A DNA stretch of 64,000 nt from Candidatus Amesbacteria bacterium (GTDB lineage: Bacteria; Patescibacteriota; Microgenomatia; CAZETR01; Amesbacteraceae): NCBI GenBank assembly GCA_963736875.1, contig CAVTQH010000002.1:270663-334662 (forward strand), written 5' to 3'. A model generated the notes under the pieces. That model was not told the origin of the DNA and did no database searches. It was given only the letters and a program-made list of their open reading frames with translations. Shown in pieces: positions 37,659 to 48,147 of this stretch. Numbering within the stretch: the first letter of the stretch is position 1; every line of letters starts with the position of its first letter. The position numbers were made by a program, and so were the translations under genes.

Positions 37659-38717
37659 ATGGCCAAGCCCCTCAAAAGCCTTTCTTTAAGCGGCAGCGAA
37701 AAAATAAGTCTTATCACCAATCTCTCTACCATGTTAAGTGCCGGTATTCCGATCGTGGAAGCGGTCAACTCCATGCTTGAGGATACCAAGGGCAGCCAGA
37801 AAATTATTCTGGAAACTTTGCGTACGGATCTGATGCAGGGTAACCGGATTTACTCCTCATTTTCCAAATTCCCGGGTTGTTTTGATGCCGTGACGGTCAG
37901 TCTGATCAAAGCTTCAGAGGAAGCCGGTACTCTGGAAACCACTTTAAAAGACCTGCGGGCTCATATTCAGAAGGAAATGGAATTTATCGACAAAATCAAA
38001 GCCTCACTCATCTACCCCGTGGTAATCATGATAGTTTTTATTGCCATGATGGCTTTGATTTTGATTTTCGTTGTTCCTAAATTGGCCAAAGTATTTAAAA
38101 CTCTGAAAATCTCCCTGCCCCTGCCGACCAGAATTATGATCACCGTTTCGGATATTATGACTCAGAACACTGTCCCTTTTGTTATCGGGCTGATAGCTCT
38201 CATTGGATTTATTATTTATATATTCAAGGCCAAAAAACCGTTTTTAATTAAGGTCTTGACCTCCCTGCCTCTGATTTCACAATTGGCCAAGGAAATTGAT
38301 CTTACGCGTTTTACCCGGAATTTATATCTGCTGCTTTCTGCCGGGCTACCGATTGCCACGGCGCTGGAGTTGTCACAGAACGTGGTTATCCGCGAAAAAA
38401 CCGCCCAGCTTATCAAAACCAGCCGGGAAATGGTGTACGGCGGAAAAAGGTTTTCCGACGGATTGCGCACGGGCAAAGGTTATTTGCCTTCGATTATGAT
38501 CAAGCTGGTGGAAGCCGGGGAAAGAAGCGGTTCTTTGGACAAATCCCTGCAGGATATTTCGGAATTTTTGGATTATCAGGTCAGCAACTCTCTGAGAAAC
38601 CTGACCGCGCTGATGGAACCGGTGATGCTGGTGATGGTCGGGCTCTCCGTCGGGGCCATGATGATGTCAATTATTTCCCCCATCTACGGCCTTATTGGCC
38701 AAATCGGAGGCAGATAA
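37659..38717 (+). CDS. pilC: Type IV pilus platform protein PilC (GspF family)
   Basis: Two T2SSF repeats. Three TM helices. 352 aa. Confidence 0.85.
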   Translation: MAKPLKSLSLSGSEKISLITNLSTMLSAGIPIVEAVNSMLEDTKGSQKIILETLRTDLMQGNRIYSSFSKFPGCFDAVTVSLIKASEEAGTLETTLKDLRAHIQKEMEFIDKIKASLIYPVVIMIVFIAMMALILIFVVPKLAKVFKTLKISLPLPTRIMITVSDIMTQNTVPFVIGLIALIGFIIYIFKAKKPFLIKVLTSLPLISQLAKEIDLTRFTRNLYLLLSAGLPIATALELSQNVVIREKTAQLIKTSREMVYGGKRFSDGLRTGKGYLPSIMIKLVEAGERSGSLDKSLQDISEFLDYQVSNSLRNLTALMEPVMLVMVGLSVGAMMMSIISPIYGLIGQIGGR

Positions 38718-39192
38718 TATGCGCAGGGCTTTCACCCTGATTGAATTGATCGTGGCTATAGGTGTGATCAGTATTTTTCTGCTCACTGTTTTACCGAATA
38801 TGTTGGCTCCGGTCACCCGTTCCTCTTTTGCCGAAAGCCTGGCGCTACTCTCTTCGGATATGCGGACCCAGCAGTTAAAGGCCATGTTGGGATCTGCCGA
38901 AAACTCCGTCGGTCCGACCGTATACGGTATCCACTTAAACGTTGATAATTATGTGATGTTTTCCGGTCCGGGATATCAGGCGGCAAACCCCTTAAACTTT
39001 ACGGTAAATCTGGACCCCGGGCTGATTTTTTCTTTCATTGATTTGCCGGGTGCTGATGCGGTTTTTAGCACCGGCAGCGGTCAGATATTAAATTTCAATG
39101 ATACCCGTACATTCACCCTTTTGGATTCCCGCTCCGGTCAGTCTCTGATTATTTCGGTTAATAAGTTTGGAGTGGTAGATGAAATTCAGTAA
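38718..39192 (+). CDS. Prepilin-type minor pilin/pseudopilin
   Basis: GGAGG RBS. Class III signal 'MRRAFTLIELIVAIGVISIFL' with Glu at +5. Confidence 0.7.
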
Positions 39193-41164
39193 ATCCGGTC
39201 AGTCATTGGTGGAGATTATTATTGCTATGGGTCTGTCCGCTCTTATCCTTCCTACCGTTTATCTGGGCCTGGTTACAGTCAGGGAAAACAAAGCCCAGAC
39301 AGTCCAAAGGGCCGAAGCTGCAGCCCATATACGCGAACTCACGGAAGCAACCAGGCAGGTCCAGATCCGGGAGCATGGCTGGCTGGATTATTTTGCGGTA
39401 GCGGACAGCACGGTTTTTCATCCCGAAATTGACACTGACAATTCCTGGATTTTGGCATCGGGGACCCAGGTTATAAACGGTTATACCCGCTCTGTCACTT
39501 TTTTTAATGTTAATCGGGATTTCACTCTGCCTGACAAGCCGATTGTAGAAACCGGCGGCACTCCGGACCCCTCCACCAAAAGAATAGTCTATCGGGTGGC
39601 CTGGGATACTCCCCTGCCGTCATTTATAACTTCCACCCAGTATCTGACCCGCTATATGGATAATCTTTCCCAGACTTATACTACCTATACCGAGTTTGAT
39701 GCCGGAACCAAAAACGGGATATCTGTAAACCACACTTTACCGCCTGTTGTACCAGATGACGGGGATATTACTCTGGGTGGCGGAGGCAGCGGGGACTGGT
39801 GCCAGCCGGATCTGACCCTGGCCCAGGTTGATCTGCCCAAAAGCGGGGTTGCCAACGCTCTGACGGTCATCCCTGCAGCCGGGGCCTCCCCTGGATACGC
39901 TTTTGCCGGAACAGGCGAAAACGCATCAGGTGTTTCTTTTGCCAAAGTTATCATCACCGATACCGATCCGCCGGTAGCCTCAATTCCCACCCCCGGGACA
40001 TTTAACGGATATAAAACCAACGGTGTTTTCGGTGAAGAAAATTATGCCTATCTGGCCACTGATAACAACTCCAAGGAGATCGTGATTATCGATCTCCAGA
40101 CCGATCCTTATTCCGAAGCCGGCTGGTTTAATGCCCCCGGAAACGGGAATGGTGACGGCATCTGGGTTGAAGGTAATACAGGTTATATGACCAGCGGCGA
40201 CAAGTTTTATACTTTTAATCTGACCGGCAAATCCGGCGACCGGGGTCTGCCTGTTAATAATGACCATATAATTACTATGGCCGGAACCGGCCGCCGTATC
40301 CGGGTTAAGGAAAATACAGCTGACGGGAAAATTTACGCTTATATTGCCGTCGACAGTTCGTCTACTCAAATGGAAATTATTGATGTCACCGATCCTGTAA
40401 TTCCTGTGAGAGTCGGCTGGGCAAACAGTGTCAATAACGAGGGAGCTACGGATATTTTTATCAATGAAACTTCCACCCGGTCATATCTGGTTACCACGGT
40501 CTCCGCCGCCGATCCGGAATTTTTTATCTTTGATGTTTCGGATAAAACCGGTAATCATACATCCATTGCCAGCCAGGATTTGGGCGGAATGAGCCCCAAG
40601 GGAGTGGTTGCGGTCACCAACAATAAAGTTATTACGGTAGGCACGGGAGGCACTGAATACCAGGTATTTAATTATGATGATGCCGTGAGACTAATTTCCT
40701 CCTGCGGCAGTTTAAACATTGACGCCGGGGTCAACGGTATCGACACCGTGATTCAGCCCAGCGGGAATGCTTTTTCCTATATTATTACCGGCGACGCCAG
40801 CACCGAATTCAAGGTTATCCGCGGAGGCCCCAGCGGGGTGATGGGGGAATCCGGCGATTATGAAAGTCCTGTTTATGATATCGGTTCATCCACTGCTTTT
40901 AATCGTCTGTCCTACAACGCTTCAATCGTACCCGGAGTTACCGGCATTTCCTTCCAGTTTTCCGCAGCCGATCCGGTAGGGGATTGTGCAGGCGCAAGCT
41001 TTGTTTACAGGGACATTGATACCACCGGGGTAATTCCCCTGGATGACGATAATGTGGGTTTCGAAAATCCGGCTCAATGCTACCGCTATCGGATTCATTT
41101 ATCCACAATTGACCGTAACCAATCACCGATATTATTTGATGTGACTTTTAATTATTCTCCTTAA
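39179..41164 (+). CDS. Large (661 aa) prepilin-type protein, putative pilus-tip adhesin (PilY1/minor-pilin-like)
   Basis: N-terminus 'KSGQSLVEIIIAMGLSALIL' is prepilin-like. Long Gly/Thr/Asp-rich beta-rich body. Confidence 0.55.
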   Translation: MKFSKSGQSLVEIIIAMGLSALILPTVYLGLVTVRENKAQTVQRAEAAAHIRELTEATRQVQIREHGWLDYFAVADSTVFHPEIDTDNSWILASGTQVINGYTRSVTFFNVNRDFTLPDKPIVETGGTPDPSTKRIVYRVAWDTPLPSFITSTQYLTRYMDNLSQTYTTYTEFDAGTKNGISVNHTLPPVVPDDGDITLGGGGSGDWCQPDLTLAQVDLPKSGVANALTVIPAAGASPGYAFAGTGENASGVSFAKVIITDTDPPVASIPTPGTFNGYKTNGVFGEENYAYLATDNNSKEIVIIDLQTDPYSEAGWFNAPGNGNGDGIWVEGNTGYMTSGDKFYTFNLTGKSGDRGLPVNNDHIITMAGTGRRIRVKENTADGKIYAYIAVDSSSTQMEIIDVTDPVIPVRVGWANSVNNEGATDIFINETSTRSYLVTTVSAADPEFFIFDVSDKTGNHTSIASQDLGGMSPKGVVAVTNNKVITVGTGGTEYQVFNYDDAVRLISSCGSLNIDAGVNGIDTVIQPSGNAFSYIITGDASTEFKVIRGGPSGVMGESGDYESPVYDIGSSTAFNRLSYNASIVPGVTGISFQFSAADPVGDCAGASFVYRDIDTTGVIPLDDDNVGFENPAQCYRYRIHLSTIDRNQSPILFDVTFNYSP

Positions 41165-41167
41165 ATT

Positions 41168-41650
41168 ATGAAAAAAGCTTTCACTTTTATCGAAATTCTC
41201 ATATATATGGGCCTGGTTTCGGTTTTTCTGGTCGTTCTGGTAAACATGTTTATCACTCTTCTGGAAACCCAGCTGGAAACCACCGGCAGTTCCGCGGTCG
41301 ATCAGGACGGCCAGTATATTCTGGCCCGTTTAAATTACGACCTGCACCGGGCCGGAAACATTCTCACTCCGGGGGCGGCGGGTGAAACAACCGATACTTT
41401 GAGTTTGGATATCGGCGGTAATACCTATACTTATTCTGTTTCCGGCCGGAAACTTCAGCTGTCGGTATCCGGGGTCACCTATCTTCTCAATTCCTATGCT
41501 GCCGATACCACCGTTTTCTCCGTCACCCGTCTGGGTTTTGATTCCGGTACTCCCAGTGCCCAAATTTCCCTGTCTTTGGAAAGCGAAGATATTTCCGGTG
41601 CCGGCAATGCCCAAATCCGCAGTTATCAAACCACGGTATCTCTAAGATGA
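41168..41650 (+). CDS. Prepilin-type pseudopilin
   Basis: 'MKKAFTFIEILIYMGLVSVFL'. Confidence 0.65.
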   Translation: MKKAFTFIEILIYMGLVSVFLVVLVNMFITLLETQLETTGSSAVDQDGQYILARLNYDLHRAGNILTPGAAGETTDTLSLDIGGNTYTYSVSGRKLQLSVSGVTYLLNSYAADTTVFSVTRLGFDSGTPSAQISLSLESEDISGAGNAQIRSYQTTVSLR

Positions 41651-42030
41651 AACGCGGACAGACACTGGTTGTTCTATTAGTATTTATGATGGTGGCAATT
41701 ACTGTGATTACCGTCTCTGTTCTGTTGGCAATTTCCGCCTCCCAGTCCTCCGGACGTGCGGTGTTCACCTGGCAGGCATATGACATTGCCGAAAGCGGAT
41801 TAAATGACGCTTTAATGAATTTACTCAGAAATCCCTACTACACCACTCCGCCCGGGGGCAGCACATTGACAGTAGGGGACGGAATTGCCACAATAATGGT
41901 AACCGGTACGGGGGGAAACAACGTTATCATCTCCTCCGGTCAGGTAGGAAGTTACGTCAGGGTTGTCCGGGCGGATACTTCCTATAACGGAAGTCTGGTT
42001 GTTACATCATGGCGGGAATCATACCCGTAA
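41647..42030 (+). CDS. Pilin-like minor pilin (PilX-like), atypical N-terminus
   Basis: 'MKRGQTLVVLLVFMMVAITVI'. Lacks Glu+5. Confidence 0.45.
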   Translation: MKRGQTLVVLLVFMMVAITVITVSVLLAISASQSSGRAVFTWQAYDIAESGLNDALMNLLRNPYYTTPPGGSTLTVGDGIATIMVTGTGGNNVIISSGQVGSYVRVVRADTSYNGSLVVTSWRESYP

Positions 42031-42034
42031 ATAT

Positions 42035-43081
42035 ATGAAAAAAACTGCCCCTACAGTCGTTAATGTCAACCGCGATCGTTTAAGTCTTTGTAGTTTTACC
42101 CACCTGGCACCGGTGGTTTTTAAATTTACTTCGGCTATGGTTTCGGATTTGGATATTGTCAGTGGTCCGGAATTATCAGCCGGAATAAGAGGTTTTATTG
42201 AAACCAATAAAGTCAGACCCACGCCTCTGGTTCTGATTCTTTCCCAAAATGTCTACTTTGAAAAAAACTATCCCGGATCTAACCCCCCTTCTTCCGAGGA
42301 AATGGATGAGTTTATCAATACGGTACCGTTTTTTACCACCAGCTCCAAGCTTTTCCGGGTTATCAGCGGTTACAAGCAGGTGGTCATCAACCGGGATTTT
42401 TATGAATGTCTTAAAAGTGCTTTTGAGGAATTGGGTTTTCAGGTAATGGCTGTGGTTCCCGGTTTTGCTCTGGGTCAGGGGGCGGCAGCCGAGTTTACCG
42501 CCGAGACCTGCAGGTTAATTTACCGGAAAATGGACCAGATTATTGTCGACAGTTTAATCGGTGCCGGGGAAGAGACATTTCACCGGAAGGAACAGGTTTA
42601 TCTGGAAAAAAATAAAATTTTGATAATTATTGTCTTCTTTCTTCTTCTGGGGGTTTTAGCCGGCACCGCGTATTTAACTCTGAGAAAATTACCGGCACCG
42701 CGCCGTACCGTTCCTTCCCGGGCCGTAGTGGTGCATACCCCGGTTCCGCTTTTACCCACACCTTCCCGATCCGAAAGTGCTACTCCCTCGGCGATTTATC
42801 TCCAGACTTTGACAGTCCAGATTCTCAACGCCTCCGGAGTACCCGGACAGGCCGCGTCAGTTTCCTCACTCCTTAAATCTCTGGGTTTTACCAAAATCGA
42901 GACCGGAAACACTTCCCGAGCGGCAGATAAAACATCAGTAATTATGTCTCCTCAGGCCGCCACTTCCGCCGGCACTTTCGTTACCGATTTTCTCAAAACC
43001 CTGTATCCAGATTTAACATTTGAGCAAAATTCTCAGGCCAAATTTGACCTGACGGTGATTATTTCCGAAACTACCCCTTGA
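42035..43081 (+). CDS. Putative pilus assembly protein (PilM/N-like) with TM helix and C-terminal LytR_C domain
   Basis: C-terminal 'TVQILNASGVPGQAASVSSLLKSLGFTKIETGN' matches LytR_C. ATG at 42035. The track ORF starts upstream at 41963. Confidence 0.4.
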   Translation: MKKTAPTVVNVNRDRLSLCSFTHLAPVVFKFTSAMVSDLDIVSGPELSAGIRGFIETNKVRPTPLVLILSQNVYFEKNYPGSNPPSSEEMDEFINTVPFFTTSSKLFRVISGYKQVVINRDFYECLKSAFEELGFQVMAVVPGFALGQGAAAEFTAETCRLIYRKMDQIIVDSLIGAGEETFHRKEQVYLEKNKILIIIVFFLLLGVLAGTAYLTLRKLPAPRRTVPSRAVVVHTPVPLLPTPSRSESATPSAIYLQTLTVQILNASGVPGQAASVSSLLKSLGFTKIETGNTSRAADKTSVIMSPQAATSAGTFVTDFLKTLYPDLTFEQNSQAKFDLTVIISETTP

Positions 43082-43109
43082 CAAAGTATTTTCCCAAGCC
43101 CTACAGTAT

Positions 43110-43615
43110 ATGTACATGCAAAAGAGACTGCCCCGCAAAGGATTTACCCTGATTGAACTTTTGGTAGTTATCGGAATTCTCGCCATTTTACTGACCATTG
43201 TTTTAATTGCCATTAACCCCGCCCGCCAGTTTGGTCTTAGTCCAACGATACCAAGAGGAGAAGTGAAGTTCTTTCGGTTCTTAATGCCGTTCATCAGTTT
43301 CAGGCCGACCCCGCAAATCGTGGTGTATTACCGACAGCCATTACTGTAGCTAATCTTCCAATCTGCAGAGTTGATCCGCCCGATCCTGCCGTCTGTGCTG
43401 ATTTGTGTGCCGATTTGGTTCCCACTTATATTTCCGCCTTACCGGTAGATCCTGAGACGGTTCCGTCAGATCCGATTACGGATTGTGACCCCATTACTAA
43501 TCCCGCTTATACTACCGGTTACGAAATAGTCCGGGACGCTACAGGCAGAGTCACGGTTACCGCTCCCGCAACCAGTACTTATACCAATCCGGCGCCCATT
43601 ACCATTACCCGTTAA
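43110..43615 (+). CDS. Type IV major pilin, single-base frameshift at ~43239
   Basis: 'KGFTLIELLVVIGILAILLTIVLIAINPARQFGL' is in one frame. A second frame continues with 'SNDTKRRSEVLSVLNAVHQFQADP...CADLCADLVPTY...TITR'. Together they form a typical 168-aa pilin with Cys pairs. Confidence 0.65.
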
Positions 43616-43637
43616 AAACAGGTAGACTCGGGATATA

Positions 43638-43660
43638 CCCCGCAAAGCGGGGTTTTTTTA
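43638..43660 (+). terminator. Rho-independent terminator after the pilin gene
   Basis: 'CCCCGCaaaGCGGGG' followed by TTTTTTT. Confidence 0.7.
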
Positions 43661-43710
43661 TGGTTTTAGCTCTTGTAAAGAACTTAAATTAGCTTTACAT
43701 TAGTATTTAC

Positions 43711-44376
43711 ATGCCCCGTCTTTACCGCCCACTGATTCTGCTTCTGGGAGTGGGATTGGTTGTCATTGTCGGTTTTCATTTTGGTCTGTCCGCTTTAACC
43801 GATCCCGTTCGTTTTGCCGGATGTTCCTCCCTGTCCGATACCGGTGAAATTGATCCCACTCAAACCGTTGCCATCTGGCAAAACCGCAGTCTCAATGCTC
43901 CGCTGGCATTGGCCGGTTCACTGACTGATAAAGAAAAGCTGGTTTTAGGAGCCGCTTCCGGGGAAAAATGGATAGAAGTGGATCTGGGAAAACAAATGCT
44001 CGTCGCCCATCAGGGCGATACCATTTTTTTGCAAAGCTCCATCTCCAGTGGTCTCTGGAACAAAACCCCGGTGGGGGAATACCGCATCTGGTACAAAATC
44101 CGCGCCACCAAGATGGAGGGCGGAAGCCGTCTGAATAATACTTACTATTATCTGCCCAATGTCCCGTATGCCATGTTTTTTAAGGGCAGCTACGGAATTC
44201 ATGGTACTTACTGGCACAGCAATTTCGGCACCCGTATGAGCCACGGATGTGTCAATACTCCCACCCCGGTTGCGGAAAAATTATTTTACTGGACCGATCC
44301 CCAGCTTCCAGAAGGCAAAGGTATTATCCGGTCCGATGACAGCCATCCCGGAACCATAGTGATTGTTCATGACTGA
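43711..44376 (+). CDS. L,D-transpeptidase (YkuD family)
   Basis: Catalytic 'GIHGTYWHSNFGTRMSHGCVNT'. Confidence 0.8.
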   Translation: MPRLYRPLILLLGVGLVVIVGFHFGLSALTDPVRFAGCSSLSDTGEIDPTQTVAIWQNRSLNAPLALAGSLTDKEKLVLGAASGEKWIEVDLGKQMLVAHQGDTIFLQSSISSGLWNKTPVGEYRIWYKIRATKMEGGSRLNNTYYYLPNVPYAMFFKGSYGIHGTYWHSNFGTRMSHGCVNTPTPVAEKLFYWTDPQLPEGKGIIRSDDSHPGTIVIVHD

Positions 44377-44803
44377 TTTCGTAATCATTTTCCTGGCTGA
44401 CTGGCTGATATATTTTTTAGCTTTCGGGGTGCTTTTTTACGGCGTGGTTACCCGCAGCAAAATATTACTGAGGCAGTGTCTGACAACCGTATCCGTTACC
44501 TGGTTTATCGGCTGGATCATAAAAAACCTGTTCTATTTTCCCCGCCCCTTTATTCTTACCGGCCAAATTCCGCTGGCAGGTCTCCCTCTCGACGGGACTT
44601 TTCCCAGCAACCACACCGTGATTGCTTTTTCCCTGGCTTTTCCCTTTCTCCTTGCGCGTCACAAGGGGGGATTGGTGATTCTGACAGTGGCTTTTCTGGT
44701 AGCTCTCGGCCGGATTTTGGGTGGTGTCCACACCACAGTTGATATAGCGGCAGGAATTCTAATTTCTGCTTTGATTTCCCGGATAATTCATCGCTGGGGT
44801 TGA
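44363..44803 (+). CDS. PAP2 family phosphatase (undecaprenyl-PP phosphatase-like)
   Basis: PAP2 motifs 'PSNH' and 'GGVHTTVD'. Confidence 0.7.
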   Translation: MFMTDFVIIFLADWLIYFLAFGVLFYGVVTRSKILLRQCLTTVSVTWFIGWIIKNLFYFPRPFILTGQIPLAGLPLDGTFPSNHTVIAFSLAFPFLLARHKGGLVILTVAFLVALGRILGGVHTTVDIAAGILISALISRIIHRWG

Positions 44804-44840
44804 CTCCTGTCACTCACAATGCTAGACTGCTAAAAAGTAT

Positions 44841-47294
44841 ATGGCATTCCCGATTATCAGGTCTTCACCCAAATCTTTACAAGCCGATCAATCAGAAACT
44901 TTACCGGTAGTGGCTTTGCGCGAAGGGGTGGTTTTCCCGCACACCGAAGCTCACTTAACTTTCGGCCGTCCCAAAAGTAATGCCGCCATCGAAGCTGCTT
45001 TAAAAACCGACAAAAGGGTCATTCTGGTAGCCCAAAGGCAGCCTACGGCCAATCCTTCACCGGATGATCTTTATCCCGTCGGCACTCTTTGCAGCATCGA
45101 ACAGGTCGCCCCCTACGGAAACGAGCTTCTGGCTCTTGTCAGAGGGATCGGCCGGGCAAAAATCGACAGATTTGTGTCCACAGACCCTCACTTTATCGCC
45201 GAAGTCCGGGAAATTCCCGACGAGCTTTCCGAAAATGATCAGTTGGTGGCTTTGGGCAGACAACTGGTCGCCGAATTCAAAAATGCGTTCAATTTAGGTA
45301 AATCCGTGGAATTTCCGGTCTTTATGCGCCTGATGGCCGGGGTTTCCGCCCCCGAACTGGCAGACCAGGCTGCCAATTCTTTAGAGGTCAGTACGCCCGT
45401 AAAGCAGGATATTCTGGAAACTTACAATGTCCAGACCAGACTGGAGAAGGTCCTGCAGAATCTGGTTCATGAAATCAAAGTTTTGGAGCTGGAAAAAACC
45501 ATTTCTTCCAAAACTCATGCCAAATTCGAAAGGGGTATGAAGGAGCAGGTCCTCAGAGAGCGGAAAAAAACCATTCAGGAAGAGCTGGAAAAGTTGGGAG
45601 CGGAGGAGGAAGGTGAGGATGATGAAATGTTTCAGCTGAAAAAGTTAATCAAAAAAGCCGGTATGCCGGCGGAAGTTCGCAAAAAAGCCGAAAAGGAATT
45701 ATCCCGCCTGGCCCAGATGAGTATTCACAACCCGGAATCAAGCTATATCCGAAGTTATCTGGACTGGCTGGTGGAAATGCCGTGGGCGGCAACAACCGGC
45801 AGCCACGTATCTTTATCCAAAGCCGCCAAAGTTCTGGATGAGGATCATTACGGTCTGAAAAAAGTTAAGGAAAGGATTCTGGAGCACCTGGCCGTTATGA
45901 AGCTTAAAAATCTTCAGGACGATAAACCGGCCGCCGGTCAACCCACCATTTTATGTTTTGTCGGACCTCCGGGTGTGGGTAAGACTTCGATCGGTAAATC
46001 CATTGCCCGGGCTTTGGGCCGCAAGTTTGTCAGAGTGTCTCTGGGCGGAATCCGGGACGAAGCCGAAATCCGCGGCCACCGCCGGACTTATGTCGGCAGT
46101 CTCCCGGGCAGGATTATCCAGGGGATCAAAAACGCCGGTACCCAAAATCCGGTATTTATGCTGGATGAAATTGATAAACTGGCCAGTGATTACCGCGGAG
46201 ATCCTTCATCGGCTCTGTTGGAAGCTCTGGACCCCGAGCAAAACCGGGAATTTTCCGATCATTATCTGGAAGTTCCCTTTGATCTTTCCCGGGTGATGTT
46301 TATCACTACAGCCAATCTTCTGGATACCATTCCCCCGGCACTTCGGGACCGCCTGGAAATTATTCCCTTTGCCGGTTACACTCTGGAGGAAAAAACCCAT
46401 ATTGCTGAAGATTTTCTCTGGAAAAAACAAATGACCTCCTCCGCGCTGAACCGGACTTTTTCTCTGGAAAAACCGGCTTTAAAGGAAGTTATTCAGCGTT
46501 ATACCCGGGAAGCCGGTGTCCGCGATCTGGAGAGACAGCTGGCCAAAGTTACCCGTAAAATTGCCCGCCTGCTGGCAGACAAAAAGAAAGTCCCCGGCTC
46601 TATTGATAAAAACGACATTCACAAATATCTGGGTCCCCCGCGTTTTCCCGAAACCCTGGCTGAAAAGAAAAACGATATCGGTATGAGTACCGGTCTGGCC
46701 TGGACCGAGGCCGGAGGAGACATTATGTTTATCGAAGTCGCTCTCATGCCGGGTAAGGGTGAACTGCAGCTGACCGGCCAGCTGGGTGATGTGATGAAGG
46801 AATCAGCCAAAGCGGCTTATTCCTACATCAGAAGTCATTGGCAAAAACTGGGGTTAAGACCCGATTTTTACAGAAGAATTGATATTCACATTCACGTTCC
46901 GGAAGGCGCGGTTCCCAAAGACGGTCCTTCAGCCGGCCTGGCCATAGCCACAGCCATTGTTTCGGCTCTTACAAACATTCCCACCCACAAAGACACTGCC
47001 ATGACCGGGGAGATCACTCTGCGGGGACGGGCACTGGAAATCGGCGGGGTCAAAGAAAAAGTGATTGCCGCTCACCGGGCGGGTATCAAACGGATTATTA
47101 TGCCCAAAGACAACAGAAAAGATCTGGAAGACATTCCGGCCAGCGTCAGACGCGACCTCAAATTTCATTTTGTTGCCGATCTGGATGAAGTGCTCAAACT
47201 GGCTCTGACCAAATCCTTTATTCCCAAAAATGCGGCTTCCGCCCGTCCCGCCTCTGCCGGGATCATTCGCCCTCTCGGGGTAATCCGCGCTTAA
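44841..47294 (+). CDS. lon: ATP-dependent Lon protease
   Basis: LON N-domain. AAA+ 'GPPGVGKTS'. Protease '[17 protein letters not shown]' and catalytic Lys. Confidence 0.9.
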   Translation: MAFPIIRSSPKSLQADQSETLPVVALREGVVFPHTEAHLTFGRPKSNAAIEAALKTDKRVILVAQRQPTANPSPDDLYPVGTLCSIEQVAPYGNELLALVRGIGRAKIDRFVSTDPHFIAEVREIPDELSENDQLVALGRQLVAEFKNAFNLGKSVEFPVFMRLMAGVSAPELADQAANSLEVSTPVKQDILETYNVQTRLEKVLQNLVHEIKVLELEKTISSKTHAKFERGMKEQVLRERKKTIQEELEKLGAEEEGEDDEMFQLKKLIKKAGMPAEVRKKAEKELSRLAQMSIHNPESSYIRSYLDWLVEMPWAATTGSHVSLSKAAKVLDEDHYGLKKVKERILEHLAVMKLKNLQDDKPAAGQPTILCFVGPPGVGKTSIGKSIARALGRKFVRVSLGGIRDEAEIRGHRRTYVGSLPGRIIQGIKNAGTQNPVFMLDEIDKLASDYRGDPSSALLEALDPEQNREFSDHYLEVPFDLSRVMFITTANLLDTIPPALRDRLEIIPFAGYTLEEKTHIAEDFLWKKQMTSSALNRTFSLEKPALKEVIQRYTREAGVRDLERQLAKVTRKIARLLADKKKVPGSIDKNDIHKYLGPPRFPETLAEKKNDIGMSTGLAWTEAGGDIMFIEVALMPGKGELQLTGQLGDVMKESAKAAYSYIRSHWQKLGLRPDFYRRIDIHIHVPEGAVPKDGPSAGLAIATAIVSALTNIPTHKDTAMTGEITLRGRALEIGGVKEKVIAAHRAGIKRIIMPKDNRKDLEDIPASVRRDLKFHFVADLDEVLKLALTKSFIPKNAASARPASAGIIRPLGVIRA

Positions 47295-48109
47295 TATCCC
47301 GGATTTTGGTTCTTCAGATACGCCAGAGCCCCGTATAATCCGCTTTTTTCTTCCAGCTGCCCGGGTACTATTTCCGGCAATTTGGGAAACATCTCCATCT
47401 CCAAAGCTACATATTCAGAAAGCTTTCGGATATTGATTTTTTTCATCACTCCGCCTCCCAATATCAGTATTTCCGGAGACCATAAAAGTATTACATTATG
47501 GATTCCGACAGCCAGAAGCCTGGTTTCCTGGTCCCAGACTGCCGTATCCGTAATATCTTCGGGCTTTTTCCCGAATATTTTTTCCATAGCTTTCCCGCCG
47601 GCAAACTCTTCCCAGTATCCGACTTTTCCGTTCACGTCAATAATCTGATGTCCCGGTTCAAATCCCCAAACATTTGGGCAAATCTTTCCGTCAACCACTT
47701 TCACCCCTCCGATTCCCGTTCCCACTGAGAGATACGCTACTATCTGGCTTCTTCTGCCCGCTCCCATGGTAGCTTCTCCCAAGCCTCCCATCGCCACATC
47801 ATTATTTATATATACGGATGCCCCGGTGATTTCCTGAAGGTTTTTTATTAAAGGCTTGCCTTCCCAGTTTGATAAATTCGGCGACCGGAGAAGACCGGAT
47901 TTGCTTTTGTCCAAAACACCGGCAATACCCCCGCCCGCCAGACTGATCTTGTTTTTCCCGGTTAATTTCTTAATTATTTTTTCAATATTTCTCATGGCAA
48001 CCTCATAATTTTGATCCGTCGGAATTGTCAGACTTTCACCCAAACTCACTCCGTCAGGGGAAATTGCCACTCTGGTTTTTGTCCCGCCGATGTCAAAAAC
48101 TACTTTCAT
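47291..48109 (-). CDS. ROK-family sugar kinase (glucokinase-like)
   Basis: '[16 protein letters not shown]', '[10 protein letters not shown]' and '[13 protein letters not shown]'. Confidence 0.7.
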   Translation of the reverse strand: MKVVFDIGGTKTRVAISPDGVSLGESLTIPTDQNYEVAMRNIEKIIKKLTGKNKISLAGGGIAGVLDKSKSGLLRSPNLSNWEGKPLIKNLQEITGASVYINNDVAMGGLGEATMGAGRRSQIVAYLSVGTGIGGVKVVDGKICPNVWGFEPGHQIIDVNGKVGYWEEFAGGKAMEKIFGKKPEDITDTAVWDQETRLLAVGIHNVILLWSPEILILGGGVMKKINIRKLSEYVALEMEMFPKLPEIVPGQLEEKSGLYGALAYLKNQNPGY

Positions 48110-48147
48110 ACTTGAATACCTTCCTGATTAGTATAGTATATTATTAA

